64,000 nt of DNA from Octopus sinensis. Its lineage: Eukaryota. The stretch covers positions 11,780,001 to 11,844,000 of the forward strand of contig NC_043000.1 in NCBI RefSeq assembly GCF_006345805.1. Direction: 5' to 3'. The notes beneath the pieces were generated by a model that searched no databases, had not been told where the DNA came from, and saw only the letters and a list, made by a program, of their open reading frames with translations. Made by a program: the position numbers and the translations under genes. Below are positions 48,887 through 62,521 of the stretch, piece after piece (the stretch's first letter is position 1; each line of letters begins with the position of its first letter).

Positions 48887-49428
48887 TCGAACACTGTAAT
48901 TTTGGTTCAAATTGAAAGTGTGAAAGAATTTTCACTTTCTAATGAAACCTGGAAGTTGTAACTTTCAATATCAACGCGTTTCACTGTTGGGTGGGAGATA
49001 AAGTCATATACATATACTAAGACTCACACACAGACATACATTAACGCACACCTTAAGCCTATCTCTGTCCCTGTGTATGTCTGTCTGTGTCTTCAGATGT
49101 GTGTGTGTCGTCACAAAGTGTATGTATACTGACAGGCACAAACACCGTCATACACATATACTTGTTAGTCATCGGCCTAGCATACGTAACCAACGCGCGA
49201 ACATACTCATATAGAAAATGTGACGTCTTCGTGGTTGTGGTAAAAGATGTCGTTTACAGTAGGTGATTAAAAGAAAAATGACAATGTTAAATTTTTGCAA
49301 TGCAAATAAGTGAATGAAAATATAGTTTAGTTGGTAGCCAAAAGCTTACTGAATCTTTTGATACCCCATACGTCAAAATCGGCAACTCGGTTTTGGAATG
49401 CATAAGGGACATACACACACACAAACTT

Positions 49429-49473
<45 letters not shown>

Positions 49474-51942
49474 GATAGATAGATATATGTATGTATCTCT
49501 GCGTGTGCCTCTGTGTCTGTCCCCGTAACCTAGCGGTGCGGTCAAAAAGAGCGATATAATGAGTACTAGGCTTTAAAAAGAAAGTCTTTAGGTCGATTAC
49601 TTCCACTAAAACACCTCAAGGCGGTCCTCCAGCATAGCCTCTTTTATTTGTTTCAGTCATTTGACCGCGCCCATGCTGGAGCACCACCTTTAGTCGAGCA
49701 GATCAACCGCAGGACTCATTCTTTGTAAGCCTAGTACTTATTCTATCAATTCCTTTCCCCGAACCGCTAGGTTACGGGGACGTAAACACACCAGCACCGG
49801 TTGTCAAGCGATGGTAGGGGGACAAACACAGACACACACACACATATATATATATATACACACATATACATATATACGACAGGCTTCTTTCAGTTTCCGC
49901 CTACCAAATCCACTTCGGTCGGCCCGATGCTATAGTAGAAGATACTTACTTGTCCAAAGTGCCACGCAGTGAAACTGAACCCGGAACCATGTGGTTGGTA
50001 AGCAAGCTACTTACCACACAGCCGCTCCTGTGCCTATATATAATGTATGTCCAGTTAAAACCCAAGCTGTATCCTCTTGCTTATTTCAGTATTCCGAATC
50101 CGTATGTATCTGTTACATTTGTGTGAGACATGCATAAAAGTTGAAAATACTAGAAAATATTTTCTGCAGAGAAGTATCAAAATAGCAATAATAATTCTCT
50201 AAAAGAGATATAGACAGTAACTGCTCGATAACATAAGGGACTAAAGCCATCTGGGGCTAAATACAACAGTAACACCCCCACCACCCTGCCCTGTCCCTAG
50301 CCATATTCAGATGGCTTTAGTCCCTTATAGTATCAAAATAGGAAATTAAAAACTTTTTAGTATCATTTATTTTCCGTTCATCCTTTTGGGGTCGATAAAA
50401 TGGGTACCAGTCGAGCACTAGGGTCGATGCAATCGACTAGACTCATCCCGCAAAATTTCCGGCCTTGTGTCTATAGTAGAAAAGATTATTTATTAATCAT
50501 TACATGCGTTTCAGGAGTTACAAAACTGTACCTGTCAATTTTGTAATCCCTATTAGCAAACGAAACACGTGTAATGGTGAATAGATTAAAACAAAAATAT
50601 TTCCAGTCTCCTGTTTTGATGTGTGTGTTTGTGTGTGTGAGTGTGTGCGCGCGTGTAAGCTTAAATATTGGTTTCGAATTTTGGCACAAGGCCAGCAGGT
50701 TTAGGGGAGAGGCTAAGTCGATTACCTATTTATTGTATCGACCCAAAAAGGATGAAAGGCAAAGTCGACCCCGGCGGAATTTGAATTCAGAACGTAAAAG
50801 ACAGACGAAATGCTTAACGGCATTTCGCCTGCCGTGCTAATGATTCTGCCAAAACCTGAATATCAACAGGAGAGGGGTAGCGACAAAAGCAGTCCTGTTC
50901 TGCTTTGCCAAATTCCCCTGAGGTCGTGCCGACTGAAAAGAAGGGAGGGCTATTGCATTCCTCTCAGAAAACAGGAATGCTTTTGATGATTTGTGTGCTT
51001 GATCAGCGTTAACCTTAGGCTAAGCAACATTAGGCGACTAAATTAATCCGCTAGCAGAAAAAAAAAAAAAAAAAAGAGTTCTTTCGTTTTATGATCACAA
51101 AATGAAAGTGGAAAATTATCGTAATCAATCGGTATTGCAACAAAAAATACTGATATTCTGAAGAAAATTATTTTTTTCAGAATCACAATTTCTGCATTTT
51201 TAAACGTGTAACCCCCCCCCCCCCAACCGACCAAACATAGTATGGGGGTGGGGGTGGAGGAGGGATAACAAAATTGAAAAAATGTTTATTTGACAAAATT
51301 GTATTTAATTTTTTTTGTCAAAGTCGTAATCTGTAATAAAAAAAAAAACAATTATGAACAACATAGTTCCGGGTTCAGTCCCACTGCGTGGCACCTTCGG
51401 CAAGTGTCTTCTGCTATAGCCTCGGGCCGACCAATGCCTATATATATATATATATATATATATATACGTATGTGTGTGTATATGTTTGTGTGTCTGTGTT
51501 TGTCCCCGCCAACATCGCTTGACAACCGATGCTGGTGTGTTTCCGTTCCCGTAACATACCGGTTCGGCAAAAAAAAACCGATAGAATAAGTACTAGGTTT
51601 ACAAAGAGTAAGTCTTGGGGTCGATTTGTTCGACTAAAGGCGGTACTCCAGCATGGCCAGTCATATGACTGAAACTAGTAAAAAAAAAGACAATGATCCA
51701 AAAAGAAAATTGTTTTTAAACTGTACGTTGGTGGTGGTGCATGTCAAGTCTGGACTTCGCTGAATATTGTGTCAACGTTTCCATGAAAAGGAAAGAACAA
51801 CAAAAATAAAACGGGTCACAAAACCAATTAATGAAGGAGCATCAAAATGGTCACCTGAGCAGCTAGAAATAGCAGCCAAATGTTCACCGGATTACATTTC
51901 CTAACGTATTGCAAATAAAGAAGCAAACTGGATAATGTAGTC

Positions 51943-52355
51943 GGCGATCTTTCGTCTCTAGTAGACCTTTCCGTCGATTTCCGTAAAAAATTTTTTTTTT
52001 TACATATGGGCTTGCGGGAACTTTTGAAGTAATATACATACATATACACATACACCGAGTAAAAAATTTCAGTTATCTCTTTCTTTCACACATTACTCTG
52101 TCTCTTCACACACACTAACAGAAGCACTTCACTTACACAACATACTTTCTGTCTCCCACACCCCATCAAACACACACACACACCCACATGTCCATCAATG
52201 CTCCCATGCACGGTGACTTCAAAAGAACTTCCCTCGTCATACAATCGCTTTCTCTTAGTCTCTTTCGCTCTCATTACTTCAAAAGTTCCCGCAAGCCCAT
52301 ATGTAAAAAAAAAAAATTTTTTTACGGAAAGGTCTACTAGAGACGAAAGATTGCC
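51943..52355. mobile_element. Merlin-type non-autonomous element, ~82-bp TIRs, inserted in SINE-J
   Basis: Arms 51943-52033 and 52273-52355 near-perfect; termini GGC(G/A)A; 8-bp TSD atgtagtc at 51935-42 and 52356-63. Confidence 0.85.
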
Positions 52356-53232
52356 ATGTAGTCCCCGATATACAACGTCCGAGAAAACGACGGAAGAGTC
52401 ATGGCTGTAATAACTTTGATCATAGTCTGCTCAGTCAGGAGTAAGCTGGGGGCTTAATAATGAGAACAATATGGCGCAGGAATGGCAATATAGCTTTATG
52501 AAGTCCGCTTCGTAACCACGTGGCGTCTGTTTCCGTGCATAGACACTGCCCCACTCTTAGCTATCACGATCGCAAATGCAATGAACCAGTTACTACAAAG
52601 CGCGTCAGAAACCTGTAACCCAACGACGCGTTTATTTACAGAGCATACCTACACAAGTGTGCCCCTCTCCGATTTTGTTTCCTCATAACAAAGAAATGTT
52701 AACATTTTAAAACGAAATTTTCTACAAATATCTTTCACAGGCATAACTTCGGTATAAGTACCGGATACATTTCAAGAAAGTGGTTTTTTTTATATATGGG
52801 GGGGGGGGAGAGAAAAGGGTTTCTGTTATCTTCAGAAATGTAAACAAAAGTCACTTACGGTACTTATACCGAAGGATCGCCCTTTCACATTGTTTTTTTT
52901 TTAAAAAAAAAGGTTATACCGGAATTTGTTGCGAGACTGGGTTCGGAGGCGAAATTTTGAATAATTCACACGTGTCGCCGTCATAATTTTAAGAAAAACG
53001 AGCATTTTCCAATAAAATTTTCTCAAAATACTTTTCAAATGGCATTAATTACGATTGTGCGTGCGTGTATTTACAAATGAGTAAATAATAGTAAAATATT
53101 TTCTACTGAAGGCCTGAAATTTGGGAGAAAGGAACTAGTCGATTACATTAACCTCAAGTGTTCAACTGGTACTTATTTTATCAATCCTTACAATGAAAGG
53201 CAAAGTCGACCTCGGCGGGGAAAAAAAAGTTT

Positions 53233-53639
53233 GGATCTTTTCGGTTTGAACGGCAGTTTTTTCTAGCGGTCTCATATGAAATTGTCACCCATAATTATGA
53301 CCCTAGAATCGATCTATTGCATTTCCATCTGTTTTAGGGTTGGGGGAAGGGTATCTTTTTTTTTCTTCACAAATGTAAATAAACCCAATCTGTTTCTTAA
53401 ACGAGAGACATATTCATACGGCACAGAATGTTTTCACCTCAATAGACGTCATTGATTGGTTGAAATTGCAGAAATTGAAGAAAAAAACCCAACAAATATC
53501 TTACAAACTATAGAATTTTCTCAATAAAGCCAAGAGAAAAAGATGTTTTGTAAACACATTCTACCAGTATACGAAGTTTAAAAGTGTTTAGTTACGTGGG
53601 AATTATTTTTAAAAACTGCCGTTCAAACCGAAAAGATCC
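53233..53639. mobile_element. Non-autonomous DNA transposon, 28-bp TIR, 8-bp TSD (Merlin-like)
   Basis: ggatcttttcggtttgaacggcagtttt and its exact reverse complement; TSD aaaagttt at 53225-32 and 53640-47. Confidence 0.85.
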
Positions 53640-53787
53640 AAAAGTTTGTATGGCAGAAGAAAATCCCTGTTCGAACGGTTTACACACTTTTATCTAATTT
53701 TGCGTATTTTTATAAATCCGGTTGATGTTCGACTTAGGTCTTTAACAAACATTAACTCATAAATTTACTGTCGTGCTATATACAATA

Positions 53788-53962
53788 GGCGCAGGAGTGG
53801 CTGTATGGTAAGTAGCTTGCTAACCAGCCACATGGTTCCGGGTTCAGTCCCACTGCGTGGCATCTTGGGCAAGTGTCTTCTACTATAGCCCCGGGCCGAC
53901 CAATGCCTTGTGAGTGGATTCGGTAGACGGAAACTGAAAGAAGCCTGTCGTATATATATATA

Positions 53963-54013
<51 letters not shown>

Positions 54014-54222
54014 TGTGTCTGTGTTTGTTCCCCTAGCATTGCTTGACAACCGATGCTGGTGTGTTTACGGTCCCCGTCACTTAGCGGTTCGGCAAAAGAG
54101 ACCGATAGAATAAGTACTGGGCTTACAAAAAGAATAAGTCCCGGGGTCGAGTTGCTCGACTAAAGGCGGTGCTCCAGCATGGTCGCAGTCAAATGACTGA
54201 AACAAGTAAAAGAGTAAAAGAA
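53788..54222 (+). mobile_element. SINE-A, full length
   Basis: Consensus match. Confidence 0.95.
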
Positions 54223-54513
54223 TGAAGGTTGCTAAGGGTGTTAAAAAAATAACATTTTCCTCACTTTCGTTGTCAACAGGAATTACCACCGACAACTTCT
54301 TCGCTATTTTGCGAACAATACAAACGTGACCGCCTTACGTAAATATATATATCTTGGTTGGCTAGCTTCGTATGAATTTAGTTCTCGTTCGCTCTCTGTA
54401 TCTCTCTTACTCTATCTCATTGTTTCTCTCCCTCCTTCACACACACACACTCTCTCTTTCTTACTGTCTCTTTGTTTCTCTCCCCCACTCACACACATAC
54501 ACACACACACACA

Positions 54514-54547
<34 letters not shown>

Positions 54548-54949
54548 AAATTATTCGCTTTTGTTCTATATAAACCAAAATTTATTATTTTTAAAATAAT
54601 ATTTAATGCAATCATCAACTTGGTATTTTATTGTCTTACTCTACAGAATTCGAATATGTGTCTTCGTTGCTTAACTTTGTATAATAGTGTAGAAGCCGGG
54701 ATGCATAGAAACTGATGAATTGTTAATTAATAAATTTAATCGCTGGTGTTTCTAAGCACACACACGCGCGCACACATATAGATCCTGGTATATAAGCAAG
54801 GGGTCCTGAAAGGGGTTTTAGTAGGGATATAAAGTTTCTTTCGGAACCTATTACCTTCTGTGTATGCAACGCTTTTTTATATGTAATCATTTCTTGGGGT
54901 TCCGGGACATACTCAGGGTCGAGTTCAATGTATTCTCCTGCATTCTCAT

Positions 54950-55016
54950 CTTGTATGTATGTATGTAGTGTGTGTGTGCGTGTGTGTATGTGTATGTATG
55001 TGTGTGTGTGTGTGTA

Positions 55017-55047
<31 letters not shown>

Positions 55048-55084
55048 ATGTATGTAGTATGTAATTCTATGTGGTGTGTGTGTG

Positions 55085-55116
<32 letters not shown>

Positions 55117-55610
55117 ATGTATGTATGTATGTATGTATGTGTGTGTTGTGTGTATGTATGTATGTATGTATGTATGTATGTGTGTGTGTATGTGTGTGTA
55201 TGTATGTATGTATGTATGTCTGTCTGTATGTATGTGTGTGTGTGTGTATGTATGTATGTAGTGTGTGTGTGTGGTATGTATGCATGTATGTGTGTGTATG
55301 TATGTATGTATGTGTGTGTGTGTGTATGTATGTGTATGTATGTATGATGTATATGTATGTAGTGTGTGTGTGTGTATGTATGTATGTATGATGTATGTGT
55401 GTGTGTGTGTATGTATGTATGTATGATGTATGTGTGTGTGTGTGTGTATGTCTGTATGTCTGTATGTATGTATGTGTGTGTATGTATGTATGTGTGTGTA
55501 TGTATGTATGTGTGTGTGTGTGTGTATGTATGTATGATGTATGTAGTTTGCGTGTATGTATGATGTATGTGTGTGTGTGTGTGTGTGTATGTATGTGTGT
55601 GTGTAAGTAT
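54950..55610. repeat. Mixed (TG)n/(TATG)n array
   Basis: Direct reading. Confidence 0.95.
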
Positions 55611-55916
55611 TTGTGGGGGTTTGTGTTGTGTTGTAAGTAATCCTAATGAATAGCGTCGGAAATGATCTAGTTTGCCAAAAACAAATTTCTTTGGATTTGT
55701 ATACGTCTTTTAAAATTTGATTTTTCTTTCACCACCAATAAATTCTATAAAGAAAAAAGCGGAATGAAAATTTATCAAGTTATTGAATTTGTAGAGATTT
55801 ATTTTAAAAATAAGCGTCAAAGTAAAGAAAAAATAATAATATTTCGAAAAAGTCAGTAAAAAATTACGGAAATAAGTTATAAGAGTGGAGGGGAAGGCAA
55901 AAAATTAAAACACTTC

Positions 55917-56127
55917 GGCAGAAACGTTAGCACGCAGGGTGAAATGCTTTGTGGTATTTCGTCTGCCGTTATGTTCTGAGTTCAAATTCCGCCGAGGTCA
56001 ACTTTGCCTTTCATCCTTTCGGGGTCGATGAATTAAGTACCAGTTACGCACTGAGGTCGATATAATCGACTTAATCCGTTTGTTTGTCCTCTCTGTGTTT
56101 AGCTCCTTGTGGGTAGTAAAAAAAAAA
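55917..56127 (+). mobile_element. SINE-B1, 5'-truncated
   Basis: 18-bp TSD aaaaaattaaaacacttc at 55899-916 and 56128-145. Confidence 0.9.
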
Positions 56128-57087
56128 AAAAAATTAAAACACTTCCAATTTCGTTTTACTGACTATTAATCTCTGATGTTTAAACAAAGATTTCGAAGAA
56201 ATTACAGTTTGTGGCGAACTGGAATCATTTTTCACTCTATTCTACAAGATCGCTTATATAAGTGGGCTTGCAAACAATACTCGGTTTTGGCTTTCAGTGT
56301 TGTTGAATAACACACGCAAAATCACACAACCACACACACACACATTACTGTAACACATCTACAATCGTATGTATTGTGAGCGAGCAGACACAATCGGTAT
56401 GTATCGACACGTACTCCCTTCTGCACACACACACACACACTTTGTTAATTAGTTTATCAAATTCATAGCGAATTACGCCATATATCCCCGTCAATCTTTC
56501 TCCATCACACACACACACAATTGTATTCTTTTCTATCTTTTACATATACACATAAACGCTTCCTCTTTTACACACACACATTGCGTCTCGTCTTTTTCTC
56601 CCACGAGTTCAGCAGAGCAGAGCGGATTCCTGCCTGTCTACAGTCGAGTCCATAATTTGCATGCAATAGCCAACATAGTGCCGCGTTCTTTGAGAAAACC
56701 ATTTATGCTTAATGACCCAATCCTATAAAAGAGGAGCCTGCGTATATTATAGCCGTATACAAAGATAGACCAGTATGGCTTAATCTGCGAACCAGGTTCG
56801 ATCTCCAGCAACGGCTATTTCATTTAACTTAGTAATGCTTTCAAAAAGGCATGAATACCACAAAATCCCGTTTCTGCTGGACTTACGCCTGGTGTAACGA
56901 AATAATTTTTGGGGTTCGTTAAGCAGAATTCCCATGGCAGCCAAGTCTCTGATTAAGGGATAAACTCTTTTCCGCTTTCTTCACCAAACACAGAGCCAGG
57001 GTAAATTTTAAAATTTCAAAAAGTGCAGCAAACAGAAAAAACTTCATGAGCTCTGGTCTTCTAATTTCTATGATGTCAAATCTCTTT

Positions 57088-57498
57088 GCTCTTTTACTCT
57101 TTTACTTGTTTCAGTCATTTGACTGCGGCCATGCTGGAGCACCGCCTTTAGTCGAGCAAATCGACCCCGGGACTTATTCTTTGTAAGCCCAGTACTTATT
57201 CTATCAGTCTCTTTTGCCGAACCGCTAAGTAACGGGGACGTAAACACACCAGCATCGGTTGTCAAGCAATGCTAGGGGGACAAACACAGACACACAAGCA
57301 CACACACATACATATATATATATATACATATATACGACAGGCTTCTTTCAGTTTCCGTCTACCAAGTCCACTCACAAGGCATTGGTCGGCCCGGGGCTAT
57401 AGCAGAAGACACTTGCCCAAGATGCCACGCAGTGGGACTGAACCCGGAACCATGTGGTTGGTTAGCAAGCTACTTACCACACAGCCACTCCTGCGCCT
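57088..57498 (-). mobile_element. SINE-A, full length
   Basis: Consensus match. Confidence 0.95.
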
Positions 57499-58084
57499 AT
57501 GTTTACTTTTCATTCAGATGGTTTCAAGTTCAGCTCCACAGCGCGGCACTTTGGGCAGATGTCTTCTGCTTTAGCTCTAGGCCGTCCATATGCCTTGTGC
57601 GTCAATTTGGTAGACGTGTGAAAGCCCTTCGATAAAGTGTGTGTGTGTGTTTATGGTTGTCCCCACCATCGCTTGGCAACGGATATTGGTTTGTTTATGT
57701 TCTTGTAATTTAGCTCTTCCAAGTTTATATGACGAGCTTTTTCCAGTTTCCGTCCACCACAAGGCTTTGGTGAAGCCGGGGCTATATAAGATATTCCGAT
57801 TAAATCTGACGATATTTCTATGTCTTCTTTATTCTTGAACAGCTTTATGTGTTGGTGAACAGACAACGGCGTTGGAGGGCATAAAAGTTAAAGTTGTAGT
57901 TGAGAAAAAGTTAGCCGACGTGGAGGACTGGAAGACATCTGAATACTGGGAAAGAGTTACCTTTATCAGGTTAATTCGCATCGGGTATCAAAATGCTGAC
58001 TTCATGACTGCTGTTTAATGCTCTGTGAATACTGCAAACGCTGAGACGTGACATGGACGTCGTGGAAATCAGGTCTTCCCGAAC

Positions 58085-58964
58085 TGCTATGGTCTTTGGG
58101 TGTGTTGCCAGTAAAGGTGACGTCAAGCTCCTTCTCGAGCCATGCCTGGCTCATTAGGGCCGGTTTCCTGGTTTCCTTGGCGTATAGGTTCCCCACCTGG
58201 ACGGGACGCCGGTCCGTCGCAGGTGAGCTGCAAGATGCAGGAGGAAAGAGTGAGAGAAAGTTGTGGCGAAAGAGTCAGCAGAAGTTCGCCATTGCCTTCT
58301 GCCGGAGCCGCGTGGAGATTAGGTGTTTCGCTCATAAACACACACATCGCCCGGTCAGAGATTCGAACCCGCGATCCCTCGGTCGCGAGTCTGCTGCTGT
58401 AACCACTAGGCTGCCCTACGTCTTTGAATAGGAACTGAAACTCAATTCAAACTCAATTCAGACGGCTATGTGAAACTACTGGAGACTGTGATGAAACCCT
58501 GGCAAGAGAGAGTTGCTGCTGGAAGGCTGTATATGTGGCAGCAAGATTCAGCTCCCAGTCATACCTGCAGAAAGAGCCAGAAGCATTAGTCGGAGAATTT
58601 CTATGACTTCAACAGCTCCAATTTCTATCCGTCTATTTCCTCCCATTGTAATCAGATGGATTACTGTGTGTGGGATGCGGCTGAGAAACACACCAACCGC
58701 TCTGTCTGCAGCACAAAGGCCAAGCGGGTAGCCAAAATCAAGGAGATGTTCGAAGAAGATCTTCCTAGGGACACGGCGAGGAACGCATGCGCCAGAATCT
58801 CGAGCCGTCTTGAGGCCGTGGTGGAAGCCGAGGGCGGCTACTTTGATTAACCTCTTATCTCCCAGCCATTTTTTGATTTAAAAAAAACCCCTTTTATTTG
58901 TGGATGGGATTTATTATCTTCTTTTCCTTTTAGGCAAACTGTCATATTTAGCCCAAACATCCTG
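58085..58964 (+). pseudogene. maT/DD37D transposase 3' part and right TIR, interrupted by SINE-C'
   Basis: AMVFGCVASKGDV | PYVFE..LNSDGYVKLL..WQQDSAPSH-(37 codons between Asps)-MDYCVW..LEAVVEAEGGYFD*; ends aacatcctg-ta. Confidence 0.9.
58127..58415 (-). mobile_element. SINE-C' (C head, different 3' half)
   Basis: C-type head, then acctgcgacggaccggcgtcccgtccagg...ggctcgagaagga; a fragment also at 21790-21880. Confidence 0.8.
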
Positions 58965-59046
58965 TAGTATGAGATTCTTGCTCAAGGTGTCATGCAGTAG
59001 GACTGAACATAGAACCATGAGATTGAGAAGTAAACTTCTTACCATA

Positions 59047-59284
59047 ACCTATTTCTTTATTAACCACAAGGGGCTGAACATAGAGGGGACAAACAAGGAC
59101 AGACAAACGGATTAAGTCGATTACATCGACCCCAGTGCGTAACTGGTACTTAATTTATCGACCCCGAAAGGATGAAAGGCAAAGTCGACCTCGGCGGAAT
59201 TTGAACTCAGAACGTAACGGCAGACGAAATACGGCTACGCATTTCGCCCTGCGTGCTAACGGTTCTGCCAGCTCGCCGCCCTGT
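59047..59284 (-). mobile_element. SINE-B1 nested in a degenerate SINE-A head
   Basis: 12-bp TSD cttcttaccata at 59035-46 and 59285-96. Confidence 0.9.
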
Positions 59285-59937
59285 CTTCTTACCATATAGC
59301 TAGCGCTGCACCTATATATTTACTCTCATTGAAATGTTTTGCTAATGTATAGCAAATGAAATGTGTTAAATGAAAAAGTAATTCAAAATATAACAGGTTT
59401 GCTATGTTTTAAATACAATTTTACTCTTTCTTTCTCTTTTTTTACATAATTTTAGATGTTTCAAATCTTTATATTGTGTCGTAGTTGTTTTTTAAATATT
59501 CTTCTTAACCCCAAAAGCTTTTACCATCAGACATGTAAGGGTTTAGTAAACACTCGTAACTCATTAGTTGCTAAATCTGCTGAAAATAGCAGCCAAAACG
59601 CGCACAAGTCATACCTTAACCCTTTGTCTGTCCTGTGTATCACATGTAACTCACAGGAAATATTTATCTCGCGTCTAAGTATCATGTGATACATATTCCC
59701 AGTTTTTTTTTGTTTCTTTTTCCACTACCAGAGTAACTTGGGACTTATGAAAAGAAAGCTTTATATTAATCAGAACGTATGAAACAAGGACTAACTAAAA
59801 ATCTGAAAATAAATATGGACGTTTAAGACAAATTTCTGAAAATGCTTTGGACAGCCAGAGGGTTGAATAAAAGTTATATTGAATATAATTCCTGGTGTAA
59901 AAACGATTATTTTCACTTTACAGCCCCACATAGTGGT

Positions 59938-60306
59938 GGAAGCACTCCGTCGGTTACGACGATGAGGGTTCCGGTTGATCCGAATCAACGGAACAGCCTG
60001 CTCGTGAAATTAACGTGTAAGTGGCTGAGCACTCCACAGACACATGCACCCTTAACGTAGTTCTCGGGGATATTCAGCGTGACACAGAGAGTGACAAGGC
60101 CGGCCCCTTGAAATACAGGTACAACAGAAACAGGAAGTAAGAGTGAGAGAAAGTTGTGGTGAAAGAGTACAGCAGAGATCACCACCATCCCCTGCCGGAG
60201 CCTCGTGGAGCTTTTAGGTGTTTTCGCTCAATAAACACTCACAACGCCCGGTCTGGGAATCGAAACCGCGAGTCCGCTGCCCTAACCAATGGGCCATTGC
60301 GCCTCC
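59938..60306 (-). mobile_element. SINE-C, full length
   Basis: Consensus match. Confidence 0.95.
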
Positions 60307-60673
60307 ACCAGCCCCACATAGTATTGGGTAATAAGATAGGTCTTTTGAAAGCACAGCGGCAGCGTCGGACATGTTTCGGTCTTATCACTTCTTATCAGCA
60401 AAGCATAATCTTATAGCTATTTCCTTTGGTAAGTGAGATTCATAAGAATTTTGGCTGAATGAATAATGATTAACGTGACTAGAAGAAATTTCCCAGAGAC
60501 ATTTTTTGCACGGAGAATATTTAGTTAAATGGAGGCTAGCGTAAATACTGAAATATTTTAACCGCAGAAAACTTTGACAGAAAGGTATTGTAAATAGATT
60601 TATTCTGGTTTGATATAGGAAGCAATAACAAAATTTCCTAGCTGAAAATTCGAAGCCACTAGCAACCTTTACC

Positions 60674-60732
<59 letters not shown>

Positions 60733-61413
60733 ACTCTGTAGAACTTGCAACTGTACTACTCTAAAAAGGTTGTATTGGCATAACAAAGAAAATTCAATAT
60801 TTTTACAATGAGGCCTTTTCCTTCAGAAATTCAAGGCTCTTCAGTTACTTTTGATCTTTAAAAGAAAAAGCTGCACACAATAACATCAAATGGATAATCA
60901 TGAAAAGATCAAGGTTCTTATAAAATTGGCAGCAACGTATGTGGCTGTGCTTTGCAGAAAAAGGCTTAATATAAAAAAAAAATCATCATCCGGACACACT
61001 AAAAAAAGTCAACTGGTATATAAATAAAACCAACCGAAATACAAAGAAAACTGTTCTCAACTGATGATCGGAAGAACGTAAAACTCGAGAATTTATTAAG
61101 TATTCCCTTCTTCTTTGGTTGACAAAAAAGGTATATTATTTGAATGCGTGCTCGCATACATACACACACACACACATACACACACGCGTATATATACTTC
61201 TGCATATGAAGGCGAGGTGCAGTAAAACATGAATGCTACAGAGCAAGTCTCGGCGCCTGTATAAACCCTCTGAAAGCGCTCAACAAATAATTATAAATAA
61301 TTATAAAATACTCGAAGCCGTGATATTAAGTTTATAAAATGAGAAAATAAAGCAGAAAGAAGAAATCTCCGAATCACCATATAAAGAAAGCATTATCACA
61401 CAGGCCTCTCCCC

Positions 61414-61447
<34 letters not shown>

Positions 61448-61924
61448 ACTTTCTCTCTCCTTCCCTCCCTCGCGTTCTCTCTCTCTCTCTACACACACAC
61501 ATGTATTGTACTTTTATACTCCCAACTGATCTCCATTCCTCTTACTTGAAATGTTTATTCTCTCTTATTTTCTCTCTCACCCTCTTCCTCCTTTTTTCTC
61601 TCTCACTCTATCGCTCGATATACATTTACTCTCTTTCTCCCTCCGCTCCCCCCTCTCTGTATACGTCCTCGCATAAATACACACACACATACGCACACAT
61701 ACATAAACGCTCACATAGATAGACGCACACACATCCATGTACAGGTTCTTATATTTATTACGCAGTTCTTCAGAGTATCATTACAGGCAGATGCATATAC
61801 ATACGTCTTTTTTTTTTATCTATGTCTGTTGATTTGTCTGTTCTCTCTTTCTTTCTGTCTCTTTGCCTCGCTTTGTCACTGTCTGTCTCTGTCTATCTCT
61901 CTTTCTCTGTTCTTATATATATAT

Positions 61925-62345
61925 ATGTTATAAAATAGAACATATGCATATATATAAACATATATGTACGTACCTACCTCTACATGTACATATACCCATA
62001 TATGTGTACGGACACCAAAAAGACGTCGAACACATAGAGAGACGAAACACATAGACACAAACCAAGGAACAAGACAAGCAAAAAAAAGAGAGATACAGGA
62101 CAATAAGCACAACGAAAAATCCCTTCTTCAGTCGCTAAGGTTTCATCTACTAAACGTTTCGAAGGATAAAAGCGAGACGTATACTTCGAAGAAACTTCCT
62201 TCCGCGAAAAGCAAATCAATTAAAATTCTGAGATCTTTTCGCAGAGGGGTAAAAAAAAAAAAAAAAGGCAAGACGGTAACGACAGTACAAACATATAAAC
62301 AGTAAAAAATATATAATATAAACAGTGGAAATAAAATATATTATA
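61925..62345 (-). mobile_element. Family F repeat
   Basis: Inverted near-identical copy of 9590-10020. Confidence 0.85.
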
Positions 62346-62354
62346 TATATATAT

Positions 62355-62479
62355 AAATGTGGCAAGTAACTTCTACTATAGCCTTGGCCGACCAAAGCCT
62401 TGTGGATGGATTTGGTAGACGAAAACTGAAAGAAGCCCATATATATATATATATGGGTTTCTTATATATATATACATAC

Positions 62480-62521
<42 letters not shown>

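Noticed and set aside
50226-50242. ataacataagg identity to the Drosophila P-element TIR
   Set aside because: 11-nt AT-rich match, not at the terminus, no 8-bp TSD; chance.
56843-56935. U11/U1-like snRNA (aaaaaggc start, acttac..ctgg, Sm site aatttttgg, 3' hairpin)
   Set aside because: Matches are only 6-9 nt, spacing to the Sm site is too short, and conserved stem-loops are absent.
61060-61095. CTGATGA-tc-ggaa-ga motif as a hammerhead
   Set aside because: No GAAA after helix II and no helix I.
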